The position numbers were made by a program, and so were the translations under genes. A stretch of DNA of 40,575 nucleotides from Octopus bimaculoides (lineage: Eukaryota): assembly GCF_001194135.2 (NCBI RefSeq), contig NC_068985.1, positions 88,868,944-88,909,518 on the forward strand, given 5' to 3'. The stretch's first letter is position 1; the number at the start of each line of letters is the position of its first letter. Below, in pieces: positions 1 through 11,122 of this stretch. Below the pieces are notes generated by a model. It did no database searches. It saw only the letters and a list, made by a program, of their open reading frames with translations, and was not told the origin of the DNA.

Positions 1-420
1 AACGTATCTGTCAAGACCTACCAAAAACTGAACAAATATAAAGATCTTGAAATAGAAAATAGCAAAATGTGGAAAACAATACCTATTCTCATAGGTGCCC
101 TGGGAATGACAGCGAAACGGGCTGATTACTAACTAGATCAGATTCCAGGAATCCCCCAAATGGCTGAAGTTCAAAAGATAGTACTCATGGGAACTGCCCA
201 TATCCTACGTAAAATACTGTCTATGTGATCTCAAATTTTAAAGCAAACACATAATTTTCTTATGGCTCCTTAAATATTCACTTGAACAAAACTGTACAAA
301 TCCAAATATATGGTACCCTAGGCATAACACCTACATGAACTTCTAACTTGTTGTCTCTTGAGGTCTCTGGGTGAGACTTGGATCCAACTTGTACAAATGC
401 AAAACAAAAGTCAAACATAA

Positions 421-454
<34 letters not shown>

Positions 455-460
455 ATAATA
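1..460 (+). mobile_element. 3' end of an R4/Dong-clade (restriction-like endonuclease) non-LTR retrotransposon: ORF C-terminus 1-228, 3'UTR, (TAA)n tail; defective copy
   Basis: Frame 1 from base 1 reads NVSVKTYQKLNKYKDLEIENSKMWKTIPILIGALGMTAKRADY*LDQIPGIPQMAEVQKIVLMGTAHILRKILSM*. This matches the recalled RLE-clade C-terminal signature K..KY.DL..E....W...PV.IGALG...QK..L.GTA.ILR. It has one in-frame stop, then ~190 nt of UTR ending directly in (TAA)n. Confidence 0.85.
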
Positions 461-869
461 ATATTAATGACAACATCAAAAGTATCAACAACAACGACAA
501 CAAAAAACAACAACAATAATAATAAAAATGTCCCCGTTACAAGTGCCATTCCCACCACTACTGCTGCTACTACTGCTGCCACAACTGACCGGCTCACTCA
601 CACCAGCGGAACTCCAGCTACTAAGCCGAGGACCTAAGTTTATAACAACACAACGTTTACTTCTCTGACATAGTGGAAACCAACAAACTTAAACTTAGAA
701 CTAAAATTCCGGGAATCGTAGGCCCGTTTTCAGAAATTTCTTGGATTTTCTCTAAATACCTCAAACCCTTATTTTATACATTCGCCACGTTATTATCTCA
801 CCCTCTTTCAACTTCTTCTTCCAAATGTTTGATAATCGGCCACCATGCTAGACCGGTAAATCCACAAGT

Positions 870-1005
870 GATTATTAATTCTCTTTCTCGCTCTCTCTTT
901 ATTTTCTCTCATTCCTTTCTGTTGAAGAGCGTAGACTCGAAACGTAATACACTATTTCACTTACTCGAGCGCCAAGCCAATACATCTGCTTGTTGCTCTT
1001 GCACC
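870..1005 (+). mobile_element. Penelope-like element terminal (pLTR-type) fragment carrying a hammerhead-like motif
   Basis: Pyrimidine-rich tract followed by CTTT-CTGTTGA-A-GAGC-GTAG-ACTC-GAAACGTA (915-946), the layout of Penelope-associated minimal HHRs. Downstream ...CTCGAGCG...AATACATCTGCTTGTTG resembles the ...CTGAGCG... tail of the 12.6 kb copy. Family assignment is from recall. Confidence 0.55.
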
Positions 1006-1036
1006 TGTACAAATGCAAAACAAAAGGCAAACATAA

Positions 1037-1121
<85 letters not shown>

Positions 1122-1149
1122 ATAATATTAGTATTAATGACAACATCAA
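1006..1149 (+). repeat. Second copy of 390-479 (Dong/R4 3' terminus + (TAA)n + downstream flank)
   Basis: TGTACAAATGCAAAACAAAAG(T/G)CAAACATAAAATAAT... occurs at 390 and 1006. Both copies end in ATTAATGACAACATCAA (463-479 and 1133-1149). Only the TAA array length differs substantially. Confidence 0.9.
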
Positions 1150-1150
1150 C

Positions 1151-1581
1151 ATACCGGACTATTTGTGACGCACATGGAATGGATTTCTTTTGAGGTGGGG
1201 TGCCTGAACTCACTAGCCGATGAATTCGTGAGTGCCTTTTCTTCTCGTTTGTTTTTGGTGTCGCATGGCCAGAAATTACCGTGAATTATTTTAGAGACAC
1301 TTTCAAATGTATATACGTGTGTGTATATCTGACGATTCCCTGCCCTTATTTTTGTATAATTTATATTTGATACCTCTAAGTTAGATGGTTAAACCGTAAT
1401 CCCTTCACACGGGACTTTTTTTCATACGGGACTATTTGTGATGCACATGGAATGGATTTCTTTTGAGGTGGGGTGCCTGAACTCACTAGCCGATGAATTC
1501 GTCAGTGCCTTTTCTTCTCGTTGGTTTTTGGTGTCGCATCGCCAGAAATTACCGTGAATTTTTTTAGAGACACTTTCAAAT
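1151..1581 (+). repeat. Direct repeat A (1151-1308) and A' (1424-1581), 158 bp each
   Basis: Direct alignment by eye shows 6 substitutions and no indels. Confidence 0.95.
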
Positions 1582-1978
1582 TTATCAGAATATTGGGCTG
1601 AAGAGTTGGAATAGATTAATATCTTAACCGCGAAACGGTCGTATCCAAATAACTAAAGGCAGGTTTGTTTTTGCTTTTCACTCTGTTTTTTTGTTCTATG
1701 TGTGCCATAAATATCGCCATCCATTTAGAGAAAAATTTGTAGTTTAGAATCAGTAGTTCTTTGAATGCTATTTCTAAATTTTCAGTATGTTGGAGAAGCA
1801 ACTCAATGCTAATCACTGTATATTTATGATGATAAATGATTTTACCGATAAAGGTTTTTTCATACTGAACTACTTGGCAAAATTGTTAATTATTAATTCT
1901 ATTACTAATTGACGATTCCCTGCCCTTATTCTTGTATAATTTATATTTGATACCTCTAAGTTAGATGGTTAAACCGTA
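1330..1978 (+). repeat. Direct repeat B (1330-1398) and B' (1910-1978), 69 bp each; B' runs into an assembly gap
   Basis: TGACGATTCCCTGCCCTTATT(T/C)TTGTATAAT...GGTTAAACCGTA, with 1 substitution. Confidence 0.95.
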
Positions 1979-2328
1979 NNNNNNNNNNNNNNNNNNNNNN
2001 NNNNNNNNNNNNNNNNNNNNNNNNNNNNNNNNNNNNNNNNNNNNNNNNNNNNNNNNNNNNNNNNNNNNNNNNNNNNNNNNNNNNNNNNNNNNNNNNNNNN
2101 NNNNNNNNNNNNNNNNNNNNNNNNNNNNNNNNNNNNNNNNNNNNNNNNNNNNNNNNNNNNNNNNNNNNNNNNNNNNNNNNNNNNNNNNNNNNNNNNNNNN
2201 NNNNNNNNNNNNNNNNNNNNNNNNNNNNNNNNNNNNNNNNNNNNNNNNNNNNNNNNNNNNNNNNNNNNNNNNNNNNNNNNNNNNNNNNNNNNNNNNNNNN
2301 NNNNNNNNNNNNNNNNNNNNNCACACAC

Positions 2329-2402
<74 letters not shown>

Positions 2403-2459
2403 ATGTATGTATTTATATACATAAATACGCATAAATAGCATTCTTATTACCATAAAAAC

Positions 2460-2645
2460 AATAATATCAATAATAATAATAACATCATTAACATTATTAT
2501 TATCATTATTATTATAATTATTATTATTATTATTATTAATATCATCATCGTCGTCACCATCATCATCATCATCATCGTCGTCGTGATCGTCGTCGTCATA
2601 ATCACCACCATCTTCTTTTTCGTCTTATTCCCATTCATTAGCATC
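2460..2645. repeat. Compound trinucleotide microsatellite (AAT/ATT, ATC, GTC)
   Basis: Visible directly; explains the poly-I/M/T ORF 2447-2686. Confidence 0.9.
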
Positions 2646-4914
2646 TCCATCATTCTTATTCCTCGATCTTGCGACCCATTTTGCAAATCGTTTTCGGCAG
2701 AATGTCATAAATGATATATTTATGCTTCATGATAAATTATATATTTTTGCGTGGAAGAACATAGTTAACGGTTACACCTTTTCAGAGTTGGACATAAAAC
2801 TACGTCTTATATTTACAGCATTGACACAACACAATATTATTTAGATATTATCAGTCATTTAAATGTGAAAAGCCTGCAATACCACATCATTATCTGCAAT
2901 ATTTACAAAGCTTTGTATTAAATGACAAGATTTTATTCCCACGCCTTTCTTTCTTTCCATTCGATCGAAACTAAAACATGAGGCACCAGTGATTCAGAAT
3001 GCCTTTATAGTCACATTTCTGAGTATTCTTTCATGCATTTATCAATATATGGAATCAGGTATTTGTGTCGATGTCGGAAATTCATGGGTGCCTTTGTGGA
3101 TTTGCTATAATCATTATTGTATGCAGGACTGGCTGCCCTAAATTGCGAGAAAATAAGCATAACATAATTTGAAATGTTAAACACTCTTCTCTCACATTTC
3201 GGGATATAATGCACATTTAGCAGTCACCAAATAACTGTCAACTCTCCGGAAACTATTCCAAATTTCAACCAATTCTCGTTTCAATAGTTCTCAGGTCATT
3301 TCCACTTTGATATATGATTGTAGGGTCATCAACTGCTGAAAGATTTAACAAAATAACAAAATAACTATGGCATACTTAAACAATCACTCGGTTATGCATT
3401 CATTTATAATGATGTACACTACATGCACACAAATGCACGCAGACACACATATACATAATGCACACATACATACATACATACATACATACACACAAACTTA
3501 TATNNNNNNNNNNNNNNNNNNNNNNNNNNNNNNNNNNNNNNNNNNNNNNNNNNNNNNNNNNNNNNNNNNNNNNNNNNNNNNNNNNNNNNNNNNNNNNNNN
3601 NNNNNNNNNNNNNNNNNNNNNNNNNNNNNNNNNNNNNNNNNNNNNNNNNNNNNNNNNNNNNNNNNNNNNNNNNNNNNNNNNNNNNNNNNNNNNNNNNNNN
3701 NNNNNNNNNNNNNNNNNNNNNNNNNNNNNNNNNNNNNTATATATACTGCTTGGGTTCTCGCAGCTCTTTGTAGAAGTATTTTAGCAAGGCATATTTTTCA
3801 AAACTTCTCCCTGTGATTCTTTTCATCATTTCGTCCCCATCGTCCCACATTTGTAACATGAGATATATGTATATACATTTTCGTATTCTATTTCTCTATA
3901 AACATATATGATATCATATTACGATACATGCATCATTCAAGGTTGCGTTAAAAGATTATTCGAGAAATAGCATGACATTTGTAGGATAATTGATTAGAAA
4001 GGGCATCTATCTCTACAGCTGATTCTCGATTCATGTTATAAATGGTAACGTTACATATCAATAGAATTGCTGGATGTTGCGGCATGAAAATGAATGACAT
4101 AAAATATTTCTTTCCGTTTCACATCGGATTTATTAAAGGATAGATTCTCGTAAAAAAATCATTTCGTAGAGAAAGGTGAGGATTCGATTTTTTTAGGATC
4201 TAAAGAACGGGTGTGTTTCCTGTTCTATTCTATTCTCAGATGCATACTATTTCTTTCCACTCATTCAAATTGTCACTCTCACATACTGCATTTTTTTTTT
4301 ACGAACTGAAAGAACAAGTGTCATAATTTTTTTAAAATGTTTTTATTCTTTTGAATTCCACAAAGTAAAAACAACGCATCATACAATTTACTTGAATAAT
4401 TTTAAAATGTTCGATTACCATTGAGATGTTTTGAAATTTTGCTATCTTGCTATCCAATGTTAGAAACCTACTAGCTGGCGGTGCGCCACCCAGTCGCGTC
4501 CCAGCCACATATATCCAGACTCATTGTACCGGAAATAATGAAATACCGAAATCTTAAGCTTATCTTGCTACTTGCTCTTCTGTTATCTTAACAATAATAA
4601 TTATTATAGAGCAGAAGATTATAACGTCCTGATAGTGACAGGAAACATAATTAAAATAATATGGCTATTATTGTTTTTAGTGGTAGTAATAATTTCGGTA
4701 GTAGAGACGGAACATGTAATTATATTAATACTTGTAATTGAGTGTCAGGTGAGTTTTAGTGTTATTGGTAACAGGTAATCCAACAATAATTGATACATAA
4801 TCGGGACACCGGGAACTAAACCGAAAACTGTACCAAATGCCTGAGTGGTACGGAGGATAGATTTTGCTGAACATTCTGCAGGATGAAGTAAAACTGTCAA
4901 TAGTAGCAGTTATC

Positions 4915-5070
4915 GCCTTACCCTTGCTACAAAAATTGCTGGTCTTGAGCCAGTAGTACTAGGGGTGGGTTTAAATGGATTGCATCGACCTCAGTATTTA
5001 ACTGGTACTTTACTTTATCGACTCTAAATTATTGAAAAGTCAAATTTGGCATTTTCATTGGAATACGCGA
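4915..5070 (-). mobile_element. Degenerate tRNA-derived SINE remnants (same family as 37.1 and 37.7 kb); 4915-4955 is a tail piece in the opposite orientation
   Basis: CATCGACCTCAGTATTTAACTGGTACTTTACTTTATCGAC is a diverged reverse complement of the GTCGATAAATTAACTACTAGTTGCATACTGGGG segment at 37.18-37.21 kb. CCCTTGCTACAAAAATTGCTGGTCTTGAGCC resembles CCCCTCCTCCCAAATTTCGGGCCTTGTGCC. Confidence 0.6.
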
Positions 5071-6230
5071 TTCAGAATCAGAATCGATGAATTTCATTAA
5101 ATGTGGACATATTTCAAATTAGAATTGTCTATCAAGACATTGATAAAGATATCGGTCACATTAAGCGGATCTTGTTTATCATTTCATCGTGCTATGTGTC
5201 GATTCAATGATTTTTTTTATTATTATTTACATAATCGGATAGATTCAATTTGTAACGTAGCGATAAATACGAGAAGCATATGTCGTTCTATCTGGCAGTC
5301 TGGGCAACTATATCTTATAGAATGTATGGTAAGAAGGCAGTTGCTATTTCTGAGTGTATTACCCTGATACTGTAGCACATGTAGACTTAAAGAGCATGTA
5401 TATGGTCATTATAATAACTACGCTCTATTATTTGTATATAGCGTGTGTGTGTATTTGTGGGAGAGTTAAAGGAAATTTTTGTCAGAGATATGCAGCAAAA
5501 AGTGAACCCAAAGTTTAAAGAAATGTATTTCGTGGCATTCTTTCAGTTGTTGAATAAAACATTCTCGTTTCTATCGACAATTTGTCTAATATGACAGAAT
5601 ATGATACTTTTTTGCGTACATGATTAAAGACTACATTCAATTGTACTGAATCATTCTGATGTGAAGTGTTATAAATATATAATTCATGGAATGCAATTTG
5701 TTATTAATCAGTTTATTTTATTCTAATATTCAGATATATTTAAATATATTTGTGTAAATGTGTTGGCAATAGGCGTCAATATTAATTTTCTTGTGACGTT
5801 GTGAGGAATATAACTAAAAACTTATTTTAGATTCTGAGAGAGAAGAATTAAGAAGAGAATGGCATGGTAGTTGTGGAGGTTCGCGTGCGAAGTTAGTATG
5901 TTACACACGAGAAAATGAACGGTTGACACTGTTATGTATGTAATGATTACAGCAATAAAGATGACTATTTTTATCTTCTTGTTCTAATTGGTCTTTTGTT
6001 GGCATTCAGACATTATCAAGTAGACATATATGAAGACAGGCCATGGTCAACTATCATTTCTGCATTTCAAGAACAATATTTGTTGTTTGTCTCCATTTTC
6101 CAATATAACGTGAAACATTACGAAAATATGGCTTCTAATTTATAAAGATCTAATAAGCACGCAAACCTTGTGAAATTCGTAAGGTTTTAACACGAAAGCT
6201 AATTAGGAAGACGGATTAATTAATAGAGCT

Positions 6231-6350
6231 ACGACGTTGATGACGATGATGATAGTGATGATGTTGATGATGACGACAATGATGACGACTACGATGACAA
6301 CAACGACGACAACGACAAATATGATTCTATTTCTGATGATTCTATGTCAA
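6231..6350. repeat. (GAT/GAC)n degenerate microsatellite
   Basis: Visible directly. Confidence 0.85.
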
Positions 6351-6440
6351 ATATCATAAATGTATTACGGATGTTTCTGCTAATCATATACATAATAAGC
6401 ATACTTATTGTAAATGCTTATACTGCTGATTTTAGTATTC

Positions 6441-6560
6441 TACACAGCCACGCCTGTGCCTACGCAGTCACGCCTGCACTTACACAGCCACGCATGCGCA
6501 TTCATAGCTACGCCTGCGCCTACACAGCCGCGCCTGCGACTATACAGCTACGCTTGCGCT
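6441..6560 (+). repeat. GC-rich minisatellite, 6 x 20 bp, consensus TACACAGCYACGCCTGCGCC
   Basis: Units start at 6441, 6461, 6481, 6501, 6521 and 6541, with substitutions only and no indels. Confidence 0.95.
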
Positions 6561-9500
6561 TAGGTATATATATACATTTGGTATCCACCATCACAAGGAC
6601 ATATGGAGAACAATTCTTCACATCCCTTATATCCACACCACTTTATCCATAGATAGTAACATGCGAGGAACCGAGGAATTGTTATATATTTTAAGTGGGA
6701 AAGCTGAGGAAGATTTACTATTTGTTGTATTGAAGACTGGAAAAAGAAAACATCATTGCACCGTAGGAACTAGTGTGATATAGGGCTTCTAAAGTCAATT
6801 AGTCAGCTTAATTACATGAACAAATTACTGGTAATTAGTTCAATGGAAATCAATTGGTGAGTGTCTTTCATGAAGAATATGTACAGCATTCTTTAATGAT
6901 ATCGTGTATATTGATATTTGTACTATAGTTATATTTTGGTGCTCTAATCTTCAGATTTTATGAATATCAATAGAATTATATCTTACGTTAAGTAACTTAC
7001 TTCATGTGCCTAATAATCGGATTGTCGCAGATGCATTTATGGAGATGCGTTAATACCGGATACTTAATATGATCTGGTTTGCCTTAATTTTCAACACCTG
7101 CCTCTTCAATTACAATGTATGATGCTAAATATGCAGCTAGTCTTGTATTGCTACATTTATCTGCAACAATTACATTTAGTGAATCATTTATGAAGCTGTA
7201 GCCTGAGACTCAGCTGTTAGAATATCATTCCAAGTTCTTCCTTTGATATTATCGTCGTATCGCACACCTGAATCCAATTTGTATCAAATATTACTTCATG
7301 TGACATGGATTGGGAAATCTGCAGATATAAGATGTTTGTGACATATAATCCACGATATGTTTAATATACACAACGAGTTGATACTTACGCTAAACAATAA
7401 TGGTTGACCACAAATAAATAGGTATAGTCCAATAATATAAAGTACACAATGGTCATAACTGTGGAAAGAAGGTCTTAAATAGTAGCGTTATTCAAATCCT
7501 GACAATAGAGTTTTTCATGCATGTATCCTATGGTAGCTGATTCACATACAAGCAAATGTTTATATTCATCCTGAAACATTTCATATCCATGTTATCAATA
7601 ATATTAATTCAAGTGTTTGACATATATTCAAAATCATTTCTAATCCGTTAAGTCACTGTTATACATGTAGAACACACACACACACACACGCACACACACA
7701 CACACACNNNNNNNNNNTATATATATATATATATATATATAGTTGCTATTATGTCACACCGTCGTGTGCTTCAATTTGGCCAACAACGTTTATATATTTT
7801 GAATAATATTACTCTTTTCTTAAATCTTCTCTTTTATTGCTGAATGTTTTATGCTGTTATTCTCGTCTATGCTTTTTCTCTTCGTTTTGTGAATGCTTGG
7901 ATACATGAACTTTATACCATCAATTTCCTTTAACAAAAATCCGAGTTTTTAGTAAATCTGTACACAATAGTTCGTTGTGTCTCGGGAGATTCATACTTCA
8001 ACTAAATATGCTTCAATACACGAACTCACAGAATGAATCTTGCAAACCAAATCCAAAAACGAAATACACACAATAATATACTCCACAAAGTAATAAAAAA
8101 TCTATTAGGGGTTCGATAGTTACATATACTTATACATGGGTGTGGGTCAATAAATTAAATCGAAATGTTGGTTGTCCATTATTTTATAGGTTTCTCTGCA
8201 AATGTGATTTTTCTAATCATAAAGTTAACGTTATGGAAAAACATTTATAATTAGGTAAAACACAGGAAAGTGAATAAATAGGATTTACTAATATCGAAAT
8301 TGGGTATTGAAACGCCCAAATGTTATGAAATTTCTCCCAATCCACCAGGAGGAGATGTGAAATGTGATATGGTGAATAATTAAAGATGCATGGATTTCGT
8401 TATGATTCTTTCAGAGAAGTAATGTGATTGAAAGATTAAAAGATTGACAAATATGAAACTTTCCAAGGAAATAAAAATGGAAGAAAACAGAAAAATGAAA
8501 GCCCAAAAAGATGAGACAAATAACGAAAGAAAGAAACGTAGCAAACTACATCTTTATCGAAATTGACTTTCAGACAAATGAGGCTTTGAATTTCGACAAA
8601 AAAAAACAAAAAAACTAAAAGTGTTTTATTTTTTAATTTTCAAAAGTGTGAACAATTTTAACAAAAGTCTATTTGATGGAAAGAGTTAACCATTTTTGTA
8701 TGAGCTAAAGCATTAACTAATTGAAAATACATGACAGAAAGCTCTGATTGTTGATACTTCCTCAATAAGCTAGATTATTCCTTGCAATTTACTAGCGATT
8801 AGTTCCTCCTTAACGTGACTTGCTTAATAATCGATATTTTAAAATTGATGACAGATTTCAATGGTGTAATAATCGATTGTATAGCATCAAATGAAAAAAA
8901 AAAGAAAATTAAAAGTGTATCAGTATAGACCGCCAGAGGGCAATATATTTAAAAATAATCAATAGCGTGAATAATTAATATAGTGTGTATGGATCTGCAT
9001 ATTAATGAATCGAAAGACTATTGTTAATTGCGCAAAAATATGAGAAGTTCCTGTGTATTTCATTGGGGTTGTGCAGTGTCCATGTCCCGAACACCTGTCA
9101 TTTATTGGTAGAAGGTAATTATAACAGGAGAGAGTTATTATATGTAATCATTTGCCGCCCAGTACCATTAATTCTTTGCGAATTTGCAAATTCAATGACA
9201 GCCATTATATAGCAAAGCTTACTTGAAATTTAGCCCTAATCTTTGTCGCTAATACGTTTTTATGGCAATACAATGCATTATGTTTTCACCATAATTAGTA
9301 AAATACTTTAATCGTAAAGCAAGGTATTGATAACGAGGAGGCCATGATATTGAATACAACCGTAGAATTTAAAAGAATAGTTCACAATCCAGCATAATGT
9401 GTTTTGGTGTCACTCTCTTAACAAAAACGATATTCACATTAATTATTGAAGCTCTCCTAAATTGCTTCCAAACCACTGGATATCGGGTTCATTCTCACCT

Positions 9501-9584
9501 CAACAGGAGTCTCCAAACTGTAGCATCGTGCCAGCTAATGCCTTGTGAATGGATTTAGTAGGCGGAAACTTAAAGGCGACACTC

Positions 9585-10712
9585 ATCATCATCATCATCA
9601 TTATCATCATCATCATCATCAACTTTATCATCATCCTCATCGTTTATCTACGTTCTCTATGCTTTAATGGGTTGGGCAGTTTGATTGTACACTCGTAAGC
9701 TGGGGAGCAGCACCAGGTTCCAATTTGGTTTAGCATGGTTTCTTCTACTGCTGGATACTCTTCCTAATACCAACCACTCCAAGAGTGTGCCGGATGTCTA
9801 TTAGGTGCTTGTGGCACGAGTGCCAGTTCTCTAACGCCAGCATCGTTTACAACTACGATCCCACTTGGCTTGTCAGGCGTTGTCATGCACAGTACATCGC
9901 CAATGTCTGGGTCACTCGCCACTGCCTTCGTAAGGCCATACGTCCCAAGGGTGCTTTATACGTTCTACCGGCAAGTGATCCAGTTACGCTACACTGGCAT
10001 CGTCCTCGATTAGAATATCGCTTCGCTTGACGAGCTTTCTCAAGTACGTCATATGGCTCAGCGTTCGAAGGGTGCTTTTTACATGCCATCGGCACATGTG
10101 CCAGCAATGTGACACTGGCATCGGTCACGACTACAATTTCACTTGGCTTGAGATGTATTGTCAAGTACAGCATACCGCAAAATGTTTCGGTCACTTGTCA
10201 TTGCCTCTGTGAGGCCCAGCGTTCGAAGATCATTCTTTAACAACTCGTGTCATGTCTTCCTGGATATACCCCTTCCACAATTTCTCTCCATACGAATCAA
10301 ATGACCATACCGGCGCAGTCGTCTCGCTTGCGCATCAGGTCTAATGCTTTTTATTCCCATTTTGTTAAAATCTGTAGCCCCTTATACTCTGTCTTGCAAC
10401 CACACAGGCATAGCACATCCAGCAAAGCATAATAGTTTCATTCCTTTCAGGCCTCCGAATGCCCTCGGTGGTCACAGCCCATGTTTCACTGCCGTGGAGG
10501 ATCGTTGTTTGAACATAGACATCATGCAATTTATCGTTCACTCTGAGGGTGAGGCTGAACTTTGACCAACCTATTCTTATTTTAGCAGCTACGCTCTCGC
10601 TGCATCCGTCGCTGCAACTGACTTGATCACCTAAGTAACGGAAGCTATCATTTACTTCTAGCTCCACACCCTCCGACATTTGACGGAGTCTATTTTTCGG
10701 TATATCTTTAGT
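9585..10712 (-). mobile_element. 5'-truncated, decayed RTE (BovB-like) LINE: RT C-terminus, 3'UTR, (GAT)n tail
   Basis: Minus strand reads LEVNDSFRYLGDQVSCSDGCSESVAAKIRIGWSKF..LHGSETWAVT..RRPERNE..MLCWMC, then ..RRLRRYGH.. and ..DLRTLGLTEAMTSDRNILRYAVLDNTSQAK* (stop near 10140). F.YLG and YGSETW-like motifs are typical of RTE ORF2. The (CAT)n run at 9585-9645 is the minus-strand (GAT)n tail. Confidence 0.9.
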
Positions 10713-10778
10713 GTTAATTCTACCTGAGCATCTTCCAGAAAAAACTGTATTCCCTGTTAAGCTTCATCTGAAATACAA

Positions 10779-10925
10779 TATTTACATTATTTACATTTGA
10801 CGGGTATTTATCCTCACTATGTTTGCTGTTAGCACAACGTTTCGGTTGATATACCCTCCAGCCTTCATCAGGTGTTTTGAGGAAATTTCGAACCTGGATT
10901 CTCATTCTTAAGGTATTTTAGATGC
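10779..10925 (-). mobile_element. Short Penelope-related HHR-containing repeat, copy 1 (minus strand)
   Basis: Reverse complement reads GCATCTAAAATACCTTAAGAATGAGAATCCAGGTTCGAAATTTCC..ACACCTGATGAAGGCTGGAGGGTATATCAACCGAAACGTTGTGCT..CCGTCAAATGTAAATAATGTAAA. It aligns with 11175-11350 and 15628-15810. Confidence 0.85.
10831..10876 (-). ncRNA. Minimal type I hammerhead ribozyme motif, intact core
   Basis: AACAC-CUGAUGA-A-GGCUG(GAGGGUAUAU)CAACC-GAA-ACGU-U-GUGCU. Core CUGAUGA/GAAA is intact. Helix II and helix I each have one mismatch. Helix III is the loopless palindrome ACGU and the triplet is GUU. Confidence 0.7.
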
Positions 10926-11016
<91 letters not shown>

Positions 11017-11057
11017 TTTCAGTTCATTGCCTGAAATCGAACTTGGAATCTTGGGGT

Positions 11058-11122
<65 letters not shown>

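Noticed and set aside
3745-3860. Minus-strand peptide MWDDGDEMMKRITGRSFEKYALLKYFYKELREPK
   Set aside because: It is short, has no convincing acceptor or donor, abuts an assembly gap, and is not recognised.
6441-6560. Possible CRISPR-like array
   Set aside because: The units are head-to-tail with no unique spacers, the context is eukaryotic, and there are no cas genes. The same applies to 37662-37796.
9060-9100. EGF/integrin-like CSGHGHC motif on the minus strand
   Set aside because: It is a single short motif with in-frame stops just upstream, no further cysteine pattern and no GT donor.
10676-10803. 11 bp direct repeat ACATTTGACGG (10676-10686 and 10793-10803) as a target-site duplication
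   Set aside because: The second copy is an internal part of the HHR repeat (also present in copies 2 and 3). The first lies inside RTE coding sequence (reads DSVKC on the minus strand). Most likely coincidental.
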